Assembly (NCBI GenBank): GCA_907165135.1
Contig: OU015568.1
Coordinates: 4,216,001-4,280,000, forward strand
Source: Oikopleura dioica
Taxonomy: Eukaryota > Animalia > Chordata
Direction: 5' to 3'
Length of the DNA: 64,000 nucleotides
The notes under the pieces are model-generated. The model was not told the origin of the DNA. It ran no database searches and was given only the letters and a program-made list of their open reading frames with translations. Of this stretch, positions 26,195 through 40,540 are shown piece by piece (the stretch's first letter is position 1; the number at the start of each line of letters is the position of its first letter). Position numbers and translations under genes: made by a program.

Positions 26195-26820
26195 CAGTAG
26201 AGACGGGGATGATTGAAAATCTCAAGATCAACGCCACCGTCGAAAATTAGTTTCTGAAAATCAGGCGCCAAGCGCACACTCATTTCTTGACTTTACTAAA
26301 ACAGAATAGTTCTGTTTTCTACTGAATGGTTCTGTCATAAGAATTATTCCGAAGATCCGCCCAAAATAGCATTGATTCTTTGGTAGAAATGCGTGATACT
26401 CACCCTTAAAAATTGAACTTTCGACAAAAAAACCATCGGTTGGAAATGCGATTCAACACAAAAAAGAAGATTGAGCCTTTTTCTATGGTCGCGTGTTCCG
26501 TAACCGTAATTTGGTTATTTGTCGCTTGTGATTTTCTAAATGAGTTTATCTCGCCGCCACTTTGAATCAGGCGGCGACTAAATCCCGACCGCCGACTGAT
26601 AGCATTGACCGAGACAATCTTCTCGGAATAAGCTCGTAAACTTGGGTTCTAAAGACAGTGTAGGAGATTGATTGTCTACAAGACTTTCACTTGTCCTTCC
26701 AGCTTATTTCGACCGAGAACAGTTGTTTCAGTCTGCCCGCCAACAACTTTATCTATACCACGTGAGTTCACTGATTCGATTCCAACTGCGTTAAACATTA
26801 TCCTCTTGATTTTAGCGAGC
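26195..26820 (-). CDS. Partial exon set of an unidentified minus-strand gene
   Basis: Acceptor near 26820, then LAKIKRIMFNAVGIESV..GQVK, a 36-nt GT-AG intron, NPSLRAYSEKIV..EHATIEK, and further in-frame pieces ending ..FNHPRLY*. No start or family found. Confidence 0.38.
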
Positions 26821-27112
26821 TGCGAAATTTATATCAAAATAGTCTTTCTTTCTTTTGTTTTCTTTTGTCACTGGAATTTTTAAAATTTTTCTTTTGACTG
26901 TTTGAGGAACTACAGAGACTCCTCCACGTTTGTTTTGTTGATTAGTATGGAAAGTGGCACTTTCCTTTTCAAACAACAATCAGCGTTCTGACAGTCGCGA
27001 AATAAGAAAAACAGTGATTGTGAAATCGGAAATTCCAAAATGGCTCGTAAGAATGCTTTTTGAATATCCTTAAAATTCGGTAAAAGACCCAATTAAATAT
27101 TGTAATGAGGTT

Positions 27113-27333
27113 TTTCATTATATTTTCAAAAAGAGCCAATGAAAATTCTCGATTTTGCATTTTAGCCAATCAGAAATGCCTTAAAAATGAGTCTTAAAAT
27201 ATTCATAACTGAACTTATTTCTGATTGGCTGAAAATAAAGTAGTTTAAAAAAATCTCATTTAAAGGCATTTCTGATTGGTTCAAATCCAAAATCGAGATT
27301 TCTCATTGGCACTTTTTGAAAAATATATAAAAG
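27113..27333. mobile_element. Hairpin (foldback) MITE-like element with CCAAT-containing arms
   Basis: ~70-bp imperfect inverted arms: aaagagccaatgaaaattctcgattttg..ccaatcagaaatgcctt / aaggcatttctgattgg..caaaatcgagatttctcattggcactttt. Confidence 0.75.
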
Positions 27334-30158
27334 ATCGATTCTTTCCTATTTTTGTTCGATTTTTGATTTTAGACCGACTGTAATTACGCTTATTTTTAGA
27401 ATCTCTTAAATATCTGTAAAGCCTTCCTTCCGAAGTTCAGTAAGAAAACCAAATGACAGGGCCTCTCTGGGAACCGGTAACCGGTCCAAGTGCTCGTCAG
27501 GAAGTGTTCGTTTCCTCTAGGCGGTCGGAAAGGAGCATTTTCGCGAAACCAAGATGGTAACTTAGTTGTAGATCGGCTAGATCGAAATGGAGTCCCGCTG
27601 GCTGCGCTTGAGAAAACAAGCGACGTGAAATTTTCGACGAAAATTGCTCTCGTGAGAAGAACAAAGTGGAGCCAAAAATGAAGCTACATTTTGAAATTTC
27701 TAAAATTCTTGCGCGAAAAATGAAAAACTCAGGTCAAGTTCAATGAAGAAAATATCGCTTAGGGGACCCTTAATTTCGTCAAAATTGGCATCTCTTTTGG
27801 ACCATAAGTTATGGTCACAGAGGATTCTAGAGCTGCTACTGCTTCGGGTCTTTTCCTATCTAAATTTCCACTTTCCGCGATATGAACCTGCTGGTGCGAG
27901 GTGATTTTCACTCTCGCGAAAATTACGGTGAAAAGTGGCAGTGCGAATGGCGATAACGGCCATTGGAACGTTCCTTGGACTCACACATGCGATCATAAAG
28001 TGGTTTTTGCCTGGCCAGCTTGGCAAATTTATCAATTTTTATTTCCGAATGAAAGAGAAGACGCAAAAACGATTACGAGCCCGAAACTTAAATTTGAATA
28101 ATTATGGCGCCGTGAATAGTTAAGGGGATGTCCCCCGTGTCCGTGTCCGTAATAAGCAGGGGTGTTCATTGAGAAGTTCAACTAATGGCCTGGATAATGA
28201 GCAAAAAGGGATGACCGAAGGGACACTAGAAGAGCTGTAACTGCGGTCGCGACGGGAAAATGTAAGCATTCCACAAAAGCTGTCGCCATTAACACCCCCT
28301 TTTTTAGAGCCAAGGCGGCTTGTAATTATGACTCCTTTCGATTTAAGGGGGTGCACATCATAAAACAAAGTCATTCGTTTTCTTTTGGCAAAAATAAGGC
28401 TGTCAGTCAATAATTTTAAAGAAAATCAATTTGAATTTTAAGGATTTTTTGTTGAATAACTTCAAAAAAAATTAAGAGGAGGTACCCCCTAAATCGAAAA
28501 GGACAAAAAAATAATTTTTGAGCTGCACTTCTATAGAAAAAAATGTACCTCTGACTTGTTTTCTTAGCAGGCGTCGTAACTTAAAGCCCTTGATTGGCGG
28601 TTTTACGGTTGTTTCAGACCGGTTAACCCACCGGGTAATACTTATCCAAAAAAGAAGAGACATTGCATAGAAAGTTCTCCTTCACGCAAAATAGAATTAA
28701 AGACATTCACGTCAAAAAAGCGTAAAAATAATTGCTTCCCGCGAGGTTCATTTGAAATAAGCACTGGAATGTGTTTTGTTTAGCGCCGCTCCAATCAGGT
28801 TTTTACCATTACCGAGTTTTTACGAGTAATGAAAGATAAGGTGTGTTTCTTTTCCGCAATTTCTAGTGCGAAGTCTTCACAAGTGCCAAAACAGACACGC
28901 CCAAGAGGAAAAGAGGAAGCGTCTAAAAAACATAATATTTTGGCCAAACCCCGATGAACACAAAAATATTCAGATCGCGATTTCGACGTGTACTACAGAC
29001 AGGTTTCTTCCAGTAATTGACATGAAAAATGATGCTCTTCCCGGAATTGACTTTAAATCCTAGTTAACCCACTCTCGCTTCCTCGAGACGCCAAATGCGG
29101 ACAGCAAACTTAACTCGATAAGCTTTGGATCTAAATTCTAAATCGGCCTTTTTAAAAATTCATCTTGAATAAAAAAAAATTCACCTTCTTTTTTCTTCAA
29201 ATTTCGGGGAAAACATTTTGCGAGGAATATCGTACATAACGTTATGGCATGCTGGAAAGTTTGAAGTGAGGTGTCTAAATTGCCCTGCGACCGCTGTATC
29301 CACGCTTCTTCAAGTAGCCAAATCATCAAATTTTACGCAATCAAGATAATCCGTTTCCGCTCAAGACAGTTTAAAGATCCAAACAATCCAAAATGAGATT
29401 TCGACTTAAGGGGCCCACCCACGAATTTCTAACTTTCAGAAGGTTTTGATGTCTTTTGAAGGATTTTGAAAGATGACCATACCCTTAAATCGAAATTTTT
29501 TTTCATCAATTTTCAACTGAAACCCTTAAGTTCCTTGCCCAAAAGTATCAATCATTCCGATCGAGCGGCGTGTTAAGGGACGGAACGTGAATATTTTTTT
29601 GCGTAGTCGGTCGAAATCAAGAGGAGAGGCGCGTCCCTAATTTGTTTGAAACTGAGCGTTTAGAACAAAATTCCGCTAGGCAAATCGGACACCTCTAATC
29701 CACTCGACGCGCCAAATTCAACCCTTTTATCATAAAGCGCTTAGAATCAAAAAATGAGCATGAATAAACCGTTCATATAAGAAAGTTCATTTTTGCTCGT
29801 TTTGATGCAATTTACGATGCATCAAATGATCCCAAATGAGTAACAGCGCGCTCAACTTACTGGAAAGATCCGTTTGGTTGTTTTCGTTGCGCTCTAGAAT
29901 CTTGATAAAAGTAAGTATAAGGTTCCTGTTGAACAGGAAGTAGCGCTCCGTTGAAATTCCGCGGCAGAAACATTTCCTTTTTCTTCCACGATTCTTTTTT
30001 TTTCCCGAAATCGATCGACTCTAGTCAAAAAAGGCGACTTCTCCTGAGAGCTTTATTTTTCTTTTGACATGCACTGTTATGTCGAAAAATTTGAGATCTA
30101 ATTCATTTCAAATCAATCTTGCGTTTTTGTTTATTAATTTTTGTTTAATCTGATATTT

Positions 30159-30316
30159 CGGGGAGGTGTCAGGAACCGACAAATATCGACAAATTTTCTG
30201 TGGAAATTTCCGACCAATCAGAAGCCGCAATTCGGCTCACCGGCCAATCAGCGGCGGATTGGCCACCCACGCAAATTTTGTCGAGATTTTTTTGTCGATT
30301 CGTGACACTTCCCCGA
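30159..30316. mobile_element. Short inverted-repeat element
   Basis: Arms cgggaggtgtcaggaaccgacaaa.. / ..tttgtcgattcgtgacacttccccg. Confidence 0.65.
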
Positions 30317-31258
30317 TTTTTCCACACAAATATTTTTTACCCTTGCCTTAACCCTAACCCTAACTCTTTAATCATTCAACAGTATAAGAATTTTAGCTTG
30401 TCCATTTCCGGCCCTAAAGAGCTCAAAAAGAAAGGTTTGTCTATTTGTCTCATTGGTAATCCGCAGCCTTACATTACCCCAAACAACAAGAAAAAGAGCC
30501 CCCTGATAGAGCCCCTTTCTTGAGCGCTGTTTATTTTTTATTCAACAACGTTCCAGGGCAAATTCATTTACGGATGGTCTAACGGCTTTTGAAGATTCCA
30601 ACGAGCGCGTCTTGTAACTGGCAAGGAGCGAGAATTCTTTAAATTCAAGGGTAGATACTCTCGACGCGAAAAAAGGGGTATTAGCTTCAACACAAGGAAA
30701 AGTATTCTTTCTCAGATTTAAGGGGGTAGCCCTAATTTTTCCGTTTTTCTTTGAAATTTAACGGTCTTAGATTTAGCGTCGTTTACAACCTTAATTGGGT
30801 CCATCATCATTCCTTTGGTTTTCAACCCTTCGAAAAATCCGCCAGCTTCTTACCATGTGTCTGAAGTTAAAATCGAGCTTTAGTACTTTCAATTTTGAAC
30901 AATTTTGAAAGTCCGATACAAATTCAGTTTGATTCGCTTCCGCGGTCTAAGATTCCTTTTGCGCGTTCCCAAAGAGACGGATTCGAGAATCTCGAGTTAC
31001 GACTCAGTGCATAATCGTGAAGGGTTTTCGTGAAAGCTGATTGAACCTTTCCCTCTTCTCTTTGATTCTGTTATGCATAAGCTTTAATTGAGAACGTGAG
31101 AATTCGAAAATTGCCGCATCTGATAGTGAGTCGTCAGGAGGAGGATATGATTTTCTACCGTTTGCAAAATAAATTTAAGGGAACGATGCTTGATTCGATT
31201 TTTATCATCCAGAGTACAGGAAGATGCTAAGTTTTCAGCGATATAAAAACAAGATTAA

Positions 31259-31505
31259 GATCGACCACTCGCTCTTACGGCGGAAAAACCAACTTTAGCA
31301 TAAGACATGTTCCACCCTTAATTTCAGCTTTTTAAAAAGAGCTCAGGTCAGAATCAGGCGAAAAATTCATCAAAAGCAATTTTTAAAAAAGCCTGATTTT
31401 TCGCCTAATTCTGATTTGAGCTCTATTTAAAAAGCTAAAATTTAAGGGTGGAACATGTCTTATGTCCAAAGTTGGTTTAGTCGCCGTGAGAGCGTGGGGT
31501 AGATC
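31259..31505. mobile_element. TTAA-flanked palindromic MITE (Kolobok-like)
   Basis: Near-complete 247-bp palindrome with TTAA at 31255-58 and 31506-09. Termini GA...TC, fitting the RR..YY ends typical of Kolobok. Confidence 0.85.
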
Positions 31506-34500
31506 TTAATTTTTATTAAGAATTTTTTCTGGCCTTTACATAAAAATCAACTCGAGTTTAAAAATAATCCCTTCTTCAAAAATCACATTTTTTCGATAAG
31601 AATATGGTCTTAGCTCATAATCCTTCTTTATCACTTTTTCGCAAACGTGAGTTCTCGCTCTTTATTTTCAGCCCCCTCTTTTTTACCTTCTTAGATTTCT
31701 ATTTCGCGCTATTTTTTGTAATTTTAAAGAAATGCAGCGTCGAGAATGAACAATTACGCGAATTCTAACGCGAAAATTGTAAAACTCAAGAATTAAAAAA
31801 TTCTAGTTTACGGGTTATTTTTTTAGAAGGATCACAAACCCAAGTGCAAGAGGAAGCGAGGGGAGGAGAAGTTTGTGATAAGAACTTCTTTTTTGTAATA
31901 TTTACGCAACTTTAAGATGCAAATCTTGTTCTGCAACGAAAAAAAGATCAAAGAAAGCCAAAAATATGGATTGTCAGAAAAAAAAATTGAAAAATTATCA
32001 AAAAATCCTTCGTTTTCAAAAATAAAATAAAAACCAATTTTCGAAATGATACCCTTATTTTCAGCCGAAATTAAAAATTTTGAGATTGGAAGGATCGAAA
32101 AATAATCCGTTTTTCATCCCTTTCCTTATTTTCGATTCAGAAGTCCAAGTTTTAAGATTGATAAATCCCATCCATCAAGTCTTATCAGTTCCCTGTTCCC
32201 TTATCGCTTCGAATACAACGCGTCGCTTTCACGTTCACTCCAGGGCTTGGTCACCCGCCGAGAGACCGCACTTAGGGCAGGGGCTGGTTGATCTGATCAA
32301 AAGGCCCTGATCGCGCTTCGCGCACCTGGGCAAATCTTTCTTTCTGTACTCGACCGCAAAGAACTGATCGTAAAAACGCCTTTTCATCAAAGTCAAAAAG
32401 GGAGAAAATGACTTGTCGGTTACACGTGATATCTGTGATAACTCGAGAGCTAATGATGATTGATAAGGATTTAAAATTTCATATCGCGGAAATGGGTTTT
32501 AGAAAAATGCTCTAGAATTTCATGATTTCGGAAAAAAGGGTTTAAATAGAGAAAACTCATCCTTTTTGGACTTTTTCCTCTTTCAGAAAAAAAAAATTCT
32601 AGCGACCACGTTCAATGCCGCGGTGGTTTTTGCACAGGAAGTTCCAGCGTCTAAGCTTACAACTTGCCAACTACGTGTATTTTTGGCTAACGGACACTCG
32701 TGTTCTTTCACGTTAATTTGTATAGCCGTGTAAAACATGAGTATCAAATTGTTTTTTTCCGTGCACAGAATAGTCTGTGAACAAAATCATGTCTTTTTTA
32801 TAACAGAAGCTGCTCAAGAAAAGTGACAAAAGGGCAATGTAGGCAAAGATGTAAACTTTGACACGTGACTAGAAAAATTTTGAATGGATCATCAAAAGCT
32901 CACACTTAAAGTAAGATCACGGATTGAACTTTAATTTGCGCCATAGAGAGCTATTTTACCATATCTCTGAGCAAAGTTATTCAAGAAAACCCTTCTGAAC
33001 GCTGACAAGACCCTTAAGAAAATTCCAAATCTGAGCGATTTTAACCCACCCTTTGGCAGTGCTGAATCCGCAAGATTTTGATTATTATTTCCTCCAAAAT
33101 AAGAATGACAATCTGGCAATTGTTTTATGTCCCAGGTGAACTCATTAATTACGCCAATTAACTTACCATTTGTTTGAGCTGCATGCTAGTTGTTGTATTT
33201 CAAAGTATCGTGGTTTTCGCTTTTCACTTTTTCTTTCTTTAGTAGACTGCAAGTTGGATTTACTAAACAAGCGAACATGAGTCGAAGGTATAATTTAACG
33301 TGTGTTGCATTTAACATTAAATTGAGCCTTGTACAAAGGGGCGCTTTCGCTCTAGCGTTTATACCATATCAAAACGCTCAGCAGAAAAATAAAGAAGAAC
33401 CGGAAAGAGGGGAGGAATTTTTTGTTGACAAAAATAACAGACTTAAAAAGGCTAAAAATAAGAAAATGGGACTGGGCTCTTTGAACAACTAAGTTTGTAA
33501 ATATATTAAAATAAGGGGCCCTACCCCCTTAAGTAAGGTTTAAATTAAGGTCGATCTTGAAGGATAAGACCCTTAAGTTAAGGCTTAACGAATGATTTCC
33601 TAATGAAAATCTTCTCCTAAAAATCCGGTCCAGCAGAACCACTTGAAAATGATTCGGAAGTCGGGTTTTAAAGAATAAAGAAAAGTGAGAAGCGGCTCAC
33701 TTTGAGAGCAAATCCGCTTTGACAGGTAGCGGCATCGGTACTTGGACGACAAGTCGCTAATTGACAATTCACGACTTCGAAAAAGGCGTCAAGATGCCGA
33801 GAATGTTGTTCCTCGAAGTTCTTGAGACGCTTTAGAGCAAATCCGCGTGGCAACTATTTTATTTTTCTTTCGTACACATTTTTTTTTCACACACTCATTG
33901 CTGCTTTGCTGCAACAAATTCTTTTGAAACATGATGTTCCTTTCACCTTCAAAAAATTATTCAACGATTCGAACTTTTCTGGATCACATGAGAGGTCCAA
34001 TGTTATCCTACAGTAGCATCTTGTTGGAACGTATTGCGATCAAGTGCTTTACTGCAGTTTTTCGCGAAAATATTATTCATTATTATTGAATTTAAATTAA
34101 TATTTTTTAATCAATTTAATAAATAATTTAATGCAAAAGCTTGAAAAATTCTTGACCAATGAGATCTTCCCATTCTGGAGGCAAGCCAATCAGATTCCAG
34201 AAAAATAATTTCTCATAAAATTGAATCATTTTTGGTCGAAAATTGTCTTCTAGCGCCCCCATCCAATAATAAGATATTTTGGAAATCAAAACCCCTAAAA
34301 TACCGCAAAAACCAAGAATCTTGGTCCAAGATATCAACTATTTACCCTACCCCCAAAAACTGCTTATTCAGTGAAAAATTTTCTAACACATTGGATAAGT
34401 TCCGATAGAGAAAGCCCAAATTAAAGTACACGTGGGAAGAACCGCCTGCCAACGCCTCGGTCAGATAACATTGTGTCCGGAACCTGCTGATACGACTGCC

Positions 34501-37500
34501 AAAAGGATTTAGAATCGCCTTAGCGAAACCTTTTTTTTGGACCTGGGAACGGAATTTCGCGGAGAATTTTTGATCCACAAAGTTAATTTGAACATTTTCG
34601 GAAGTGTAGAAAATAAAGAGATACCCTTAATTCTATATTTGCGAAAATCGTTGAGTCAGCAATTTCGCAATCGAAAAATTTACTCTTCTTCCAAACAACC
34701 AGTTGGAATCACAACTTTTTTATCTCCAAGAGTCCTCTTTAACTCGTGTTTACCCGAGTTCTTGTTCGTTGTACCGTTTATTCTTCGTCTACAAAGAACA
34801 TTTAACGAACATTTTAGACGAGGAATACACGTGATTATCAATAATTAAAGCATGCCAGATGGCTTTTCTCAAATTTGCAGAAAATGCTTTTTTCGGAAAG
34901 ATGATTTTTCCTTGTTCAACAAAATTCTCAAATTTCACCTTCAAAACGACCAGCTTTTTGTTCAAATAATCGCATCGTTAAAATATTTAACTACACATGC
35001 GATAGCCTTAGCCCTTCTCGGTAAAATAACGCGGTTTAGAGGCCGCTTTTTCTCTGTTGTAAATGGGCTGAAACGGTAGTTGAACATTTTTTTGAGAGGA
35101 TCGAAAAGATTTAACCCGGGTTAGATCGAGGGGGATTAAAATGAGATAGAAAAAACGTGGTTCGAGTCCCTTAATTCTACTTTTTTAGACTTGAGACGAA
35201 GTTTTTACGCTAGAATTTAACCTTAGGATTCTACTGCCTCGAAAAAGATAGAAAAGTTAGATAATCTCTTTTCAGAAGAATGAAACAGAACTAGTTATTC
35301 AGGGAAGGGGTCCTTCCAGGTCACGATTTTTAAAAAATGACCGGAGCGGCTGACCCTTAGAAACGCTTTAGGAAACAAATATGCATATTCAATTCTGTCA
35401 CGATAATTCTGTATACTCGTGCGATACCGGTCTTTATGAGAAACAAAGCTGGTCATTATCTAAGATAATTATATAACCATAAATTTTTGATAAAAGAAAA
35501 TCTTTCTTTTCATACTGTATGAATCATACATAATTGAGAATTTCGTTCAATATGAGAATAAACGTGATAAAACCTTAACTTCTTATATTTTGTAAATTTT
35601 GTTTTCCCTATCAAATTAAGACCTTAGGAGCTAACTTCATGTTGTCATTTGAAATAAACGATCGGGATTCAAATCACCCCTTCTTTTTTTATAATCTTAG
35701 ACTGCACTTAATATCAACAATTTTAATCACCCATAATTTTTGTTATTTTTCAGGGTCTAAACATCGATATTAATTTTTCATCATAGCAAAAAGTTTCGTT
35801 TTCATGAAAAATAATTGTTTCAATAAAAAATATTCCTCATGTTTATATTTATTTTTTAATAAGGACCTTGCCAACTTATAATAATATCGCGCCTATTTTT
35901 TCATTGAAAAAAGTCATTTCTCAAAAATATATTATATGTATGTTTTCTTCGGATTGCAATTGTTGGTCCCACGTGAGAAAATATTCCCAGCAGCCAAATT
36001 CATCAGTCAAGAATAACCAATTATCAAAAAGGAAGAAGAAAAAACCAGAAACAAGAAAAACAGAATGAGAAAATGAAATTTATAAATCGAATTTGCAAAT
36101 TTGAAACTTACCCAAAGGGGATTGAAAGTGAAGTGTGTTCCTTCTTTTCAGTCCTCTGGTAGACGCTTGTGTTGAATTTACAGTATCTTCGTTTTCGCGC
36201 CAATCATCGCGGGAACACTCTTCATTTCATTCTCCGGCAGCCATAACTCTGGCTGACAGAAAAGAAATAAGAAAAAAATCTACCTTTTTGACTGTTTTTT
36301 TTTAATATAGAATATTTATAATTATCTTAAAATTTAAGGTCGTAAGGCTTGATTTCCTGTAGTAGCTCCAAAAGTCGCTAAATGCGTTTTTAATTTCGCG
36401 AAAATGCGCCAAAAATGGTTGAAGAAATGAGATTTAGCGGTTTTTTCCGGTAAAAGAAAACACTCACGTGATGACGATAAAAGACTTCTTGTGGTTTGAA
36501 AAAAAGCTAGAAAGTTTTGGTGAGTTGGACAGTTTTTTGGGGCGGTGGGCTTACTATACCTTTAAGAGTAAAAATCAACAGAAAAAAAAAGTTAAAAATT
36601 TTAACCCAGCGGCGTAAATTTTCCGAAAAATTGCGGCAGGAGCTTTTCGAGCAAAACACGATCAACGAGTTTTCAACTTTGACACAAATTTTGGTCAAAA
36701 TCGACTGATTTCCGATTTTCTCTTTTTGATTATTTTTGGGCCAAAAACAGTTTTTCATATAAAAAAACTTTGAATTTGCTAATTTACGTCGATGGGTTAA
36801 CGTGAAATTAACGGAAAAAATAATCTATCTCTTGGAAATAATTACATCCAAAACTTGGATGATCCATCTTAATTCTTTGCTTAGAAAATTCGCAAATTTT
36901 TTTCATACCAGTCTTGTGATATCAGTAGATTACATAAGGGTTTGTGTATAAAATTCGCAGCGCGATTTGCGGTCGATTTAATCTTCTATTTTTCAAATTA
37001 CATAATCAAGAAAAAATTTTATTTTTTGAACTTTTTTCATTAAACAAAACCCTTTTCTTTGAGTTTCTTGGGTCAAAAATTGAGTTTCTTATTTTAAAAC
37101 TAAAATATTCCAAAAAATCAAAAAAAAAAAACCATTTTTTTTAAAGTTATTGAATTTAATAGACCCTAATCTGTTAATCGTTAAGTTGACTGCTGAGAAT
37201 GACTGTATAAAAGGGGACTTTATGCAAGTCGTATTATATTATTTATTATTTATAATTATAAAGAAGCCCGAGTGACCGATTCAATCTGTCTAAAATAGAA
37301 CGATTGTTAGTGTTTTTTCTTCTTTTTCTGGAAACAGGAACGATAGGAAACAGTACCTAAAAATTTTGTTACAAAGAAAAGAAAATTTAGCAGGAACGTG
37401 TCAATTATTGGCTAAAACGGCTGAAAACGCCTAAATCCGGACTTCCGCTATTCACCCCGCGGTTCCAAGGCCTTTTTTAAGCCACGCCTCATCTAAAAAG

Positions 37501-40474
37501 CTAAAAAGGATATTTTGAATCAAGTTTGATAAACAATTTTCAGAGCTTTAAAAAATCCGTTATAAAATTGCTTTGCCGAAAATCTGTGTTCACATGAAAA
37601 AACAAGGATTTTTTTTATAAGAAAAAAGTCAATGCTTAGAAATTAAGAATGTCAGCAAAATTCTAGATCCCAGAATCGCTTAATCGAGCAAATAGCTTTC
37701 CTTCGTGGATGACATAAGAAAATCAAGTTATCGGAAATTCCCAAAAACGCCCCCTCTGTACCGAAAGTAGCGTAAAAATAACAACGAATCGGAAAACATC
37801 CGAAAGGATCCTTGAACCAAGAGCACTTCAAAAAAAATCGAGCTCGGCAAAATATCTCTATTGATTTTTTCTCATTAAAAACTTATTTTGGCGTCTTTTT
37901 CATGATTTTGAGAAAAGAATTTTTCTCGAAAAATTAGTAATTTAGTTGACATCATGTTTCTGTCAAAAAACGGCAGAAATCGTCCTCGTTTCTTTGATTT
38001 TTTCTCAATTTTTCTTTTGAATCATCAATAATTCGTCATCATTTTGTTCATCAAATTAAAAGATAAATTATGAATGTAAGAATTAATCTGATGAGGAAAG
38101 ACCCTTAGTCATGTTTAGTCAAGGACACTTCCGAAAATCATGAAACATTTTTCGTGAGCCCAGTAGTCACGTGATCAAAGAGGAACACGAGTTCCGCCAA
38201 ATCTAACAAGACTTGGTGACGCTGAAAACACGCTAAGCGCTCAAGCCATTTCCGACACCTAGAAAGTACTTTTTGTCATTTTTTCCGCGAAATTGAATGA
38301 ATTAAATTTTCCGATTTTTTTCTTGATTCTTTAGGAAGAAAAATAAAAAGACACAAAAAATAAAGCGGTTGTTGAAAAAATTTTTAAATAAAAATTAAAT
38401 ATTTTTTATTATAAATCAATTTTTTAAAAAATATTTTTTTTCAAATAATAAATTCTAAACTTATAAATGAGGCGTGGCTTAAAATGAGAGTTTCTATAAT
38501 AACTTACAATAAAATTATTTTCAGGTTTCTTCAAATAACAAAGATCTCTCAAATCTGATATTTTCAGTATTTCTTCTTTATAAGATATCTCTATCGGAAA
38601 AACGGAAACTACAAACTTTCGATCTCGAACTTTTTTTTCTTCAATTTTTTGCCAGATCGACCGAAACGATGCGCGAGGATCGACGCGCGCGGTGGTGGCG
38701 CTCGAGCGTTCACGCGCGCCATGAGATTTCATGAAAAATGGCAGAAATCTTAAACTTTTTACGATCGCAGCTCAGGAGCGCCTTATGCGGGGTTGCTTTC
38801 AAGTGGAGATACTATGTGTGAAATTGAATTGAGACTAGGTCTATTATGAGTTTCATTTTGCATCCGTGTTCTTGCGAAATTGCCGGTGACTGATGGAAAC
38901 GTCGTTCGAGGAAATTTTACTTTGATGATGGAAGGTCATCATCAATCAAACGTTGTCGTAATTAACCCGGAAAGAAACCCGAAACGGTCCTTGGAACGAA
39001 GACAGACCTATTTCTGATTATCAATCAGCCAAATTCATGACGTCGAAAATTTCAACAAAATTTGACCCCCGGAGAAAAATTTTGCGCTCGTTGCACTTTT
39101 CGAATAGGTCATTTAGAGGTCGCAAAGAAGTGCAGCTCCCAAATTCAAATCGAAATGGCAATCGTATTTGTAAGTTTGTAAAACACAGCCCCTCGCTTTC
39201 CCGTTTCTTCTTGTTTAGCCTAAAATATACGAGTCAATTTATTGTGACAAATTTAATTCATTTTTTCCGTATCTCTTGAAGTACAGGAATTTAATTATTG
39301 TTATTGCATGATGCACAAAAAACAGTAACGCCCTTAAGTTTTTCATCTATAATGATGAAATAATTATGATACTAAAATTAGAAAAGGGCGTTCTTCAAAT
39401 AAAAAATCCTGAAATAATATATTCTCCATGAGGATCACACAGAAACAGCTAATTACCCTTATCGTTTGCTGTCAATCAGACTTCAGACTGTATAGTGTGG
39501 CTCCAAAAAACAGAAATAAATGGCTTAGACACGATTTTGATGAATATTCTCTATGGGAAAAAGCTGGAGACTTCGGGGTCGAGGACGAAAATGGCTCGTT
39601 TCTGATTTGCTGGCGCAGAGAAAACAGGTTTCTCATTGGCCATAAGTCTGAAGCTGTAGGGAAAGTCTTGATTGGCGCAGATTTTGATTTCATCTTCAAT
39701 TTCGAAGAATTAAGAAAGGTCAATTCTTAAGCTCATCATAAAATAACCCTCATCTGTAATCTCATCTCGATATTTTTGTAGAAGCGATCGTGAACTCACT
39801 AAGATCCACAAAAACGTCCACCCCGGCTCCGCTTCTTCTCATCCCCCTTCTGAAACATCATTTTAGAAATCGTAATTTCTGACCATTTTCGAAAGCTTAT
39901 CCTTTTAGTTACTGAATATCAATCATCAGCGAAAAGCTTATCTTGATGATGCTTGGGATAAGATTCAGCGACTCTTCCTGTTTTGAACAACAGGGGAATT
40001 TTAATAACAGTTAGATTTTTTGCCTCAAAAGATAATGAAAAAAGAAAACGGAGGAATTTGTATTCACTGGAAAAAGTCCTTGACCCGCGAGTGGAGGATC
40101 AAAATATTGAGTTCTTGTGAACAGAAAGATTTTTTTTCTAGCTCTGACTTTTTCATGTAATGGATTTTGTATATAAAATAAGAAGAAAATTTCTAATGAG
40201 CATCGCTTTTAATAGCGAAAAATTCTTCATAATAATTTTAAACTACAGTTTTTCGTGAATTGAAAATAAATCAATCTGTTTTTATGACTTAGAATCGACA
40301 ATTTTCATTTCTGTTTTGATCATACCTAAACAGACGAACACAGGCATATTTATGCTTTTTGGATTTGATTAGGGACAATTCGTGGGCCACGAATTATTTT
40401 TACAAAACATAACAGAAAAAACCGTCTGTTCTTCAAATAGCAGCATTCATTTTCAAACATTTGCTCAGATATGA

Positions 40475-40540
40475 AAGGAGATACCCTTAAACTCTATGCA
40501 TCATTTTGAAAAGCGCGTTGTTTTTTAAGGGTGTCTCCTT
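40475..40540. repeat. Mini inverted repeat aaggagatacccttaaa / tttaagggtgtctcctt
   Basis: 17-bp arms with one mismatch. The motif gatacccttaa recurs at ~34620 and ~44986. Confidence 0.6.

Noticed and set aside
30345-30365. ccttaaccctaaccctaa telomere-like repeat (also ~22849)
   Set aside because: Only 2-3 units; a common motif in dispersed repeats, not an interstitial telomere array.
35159-35170. GGTTCGAGTCCC B-box suggesting a tRNA or SINE
   Set aside because: No A-box, acceptor stem or cloverleaf upstream; at most an isolated TFIIIC-like site.
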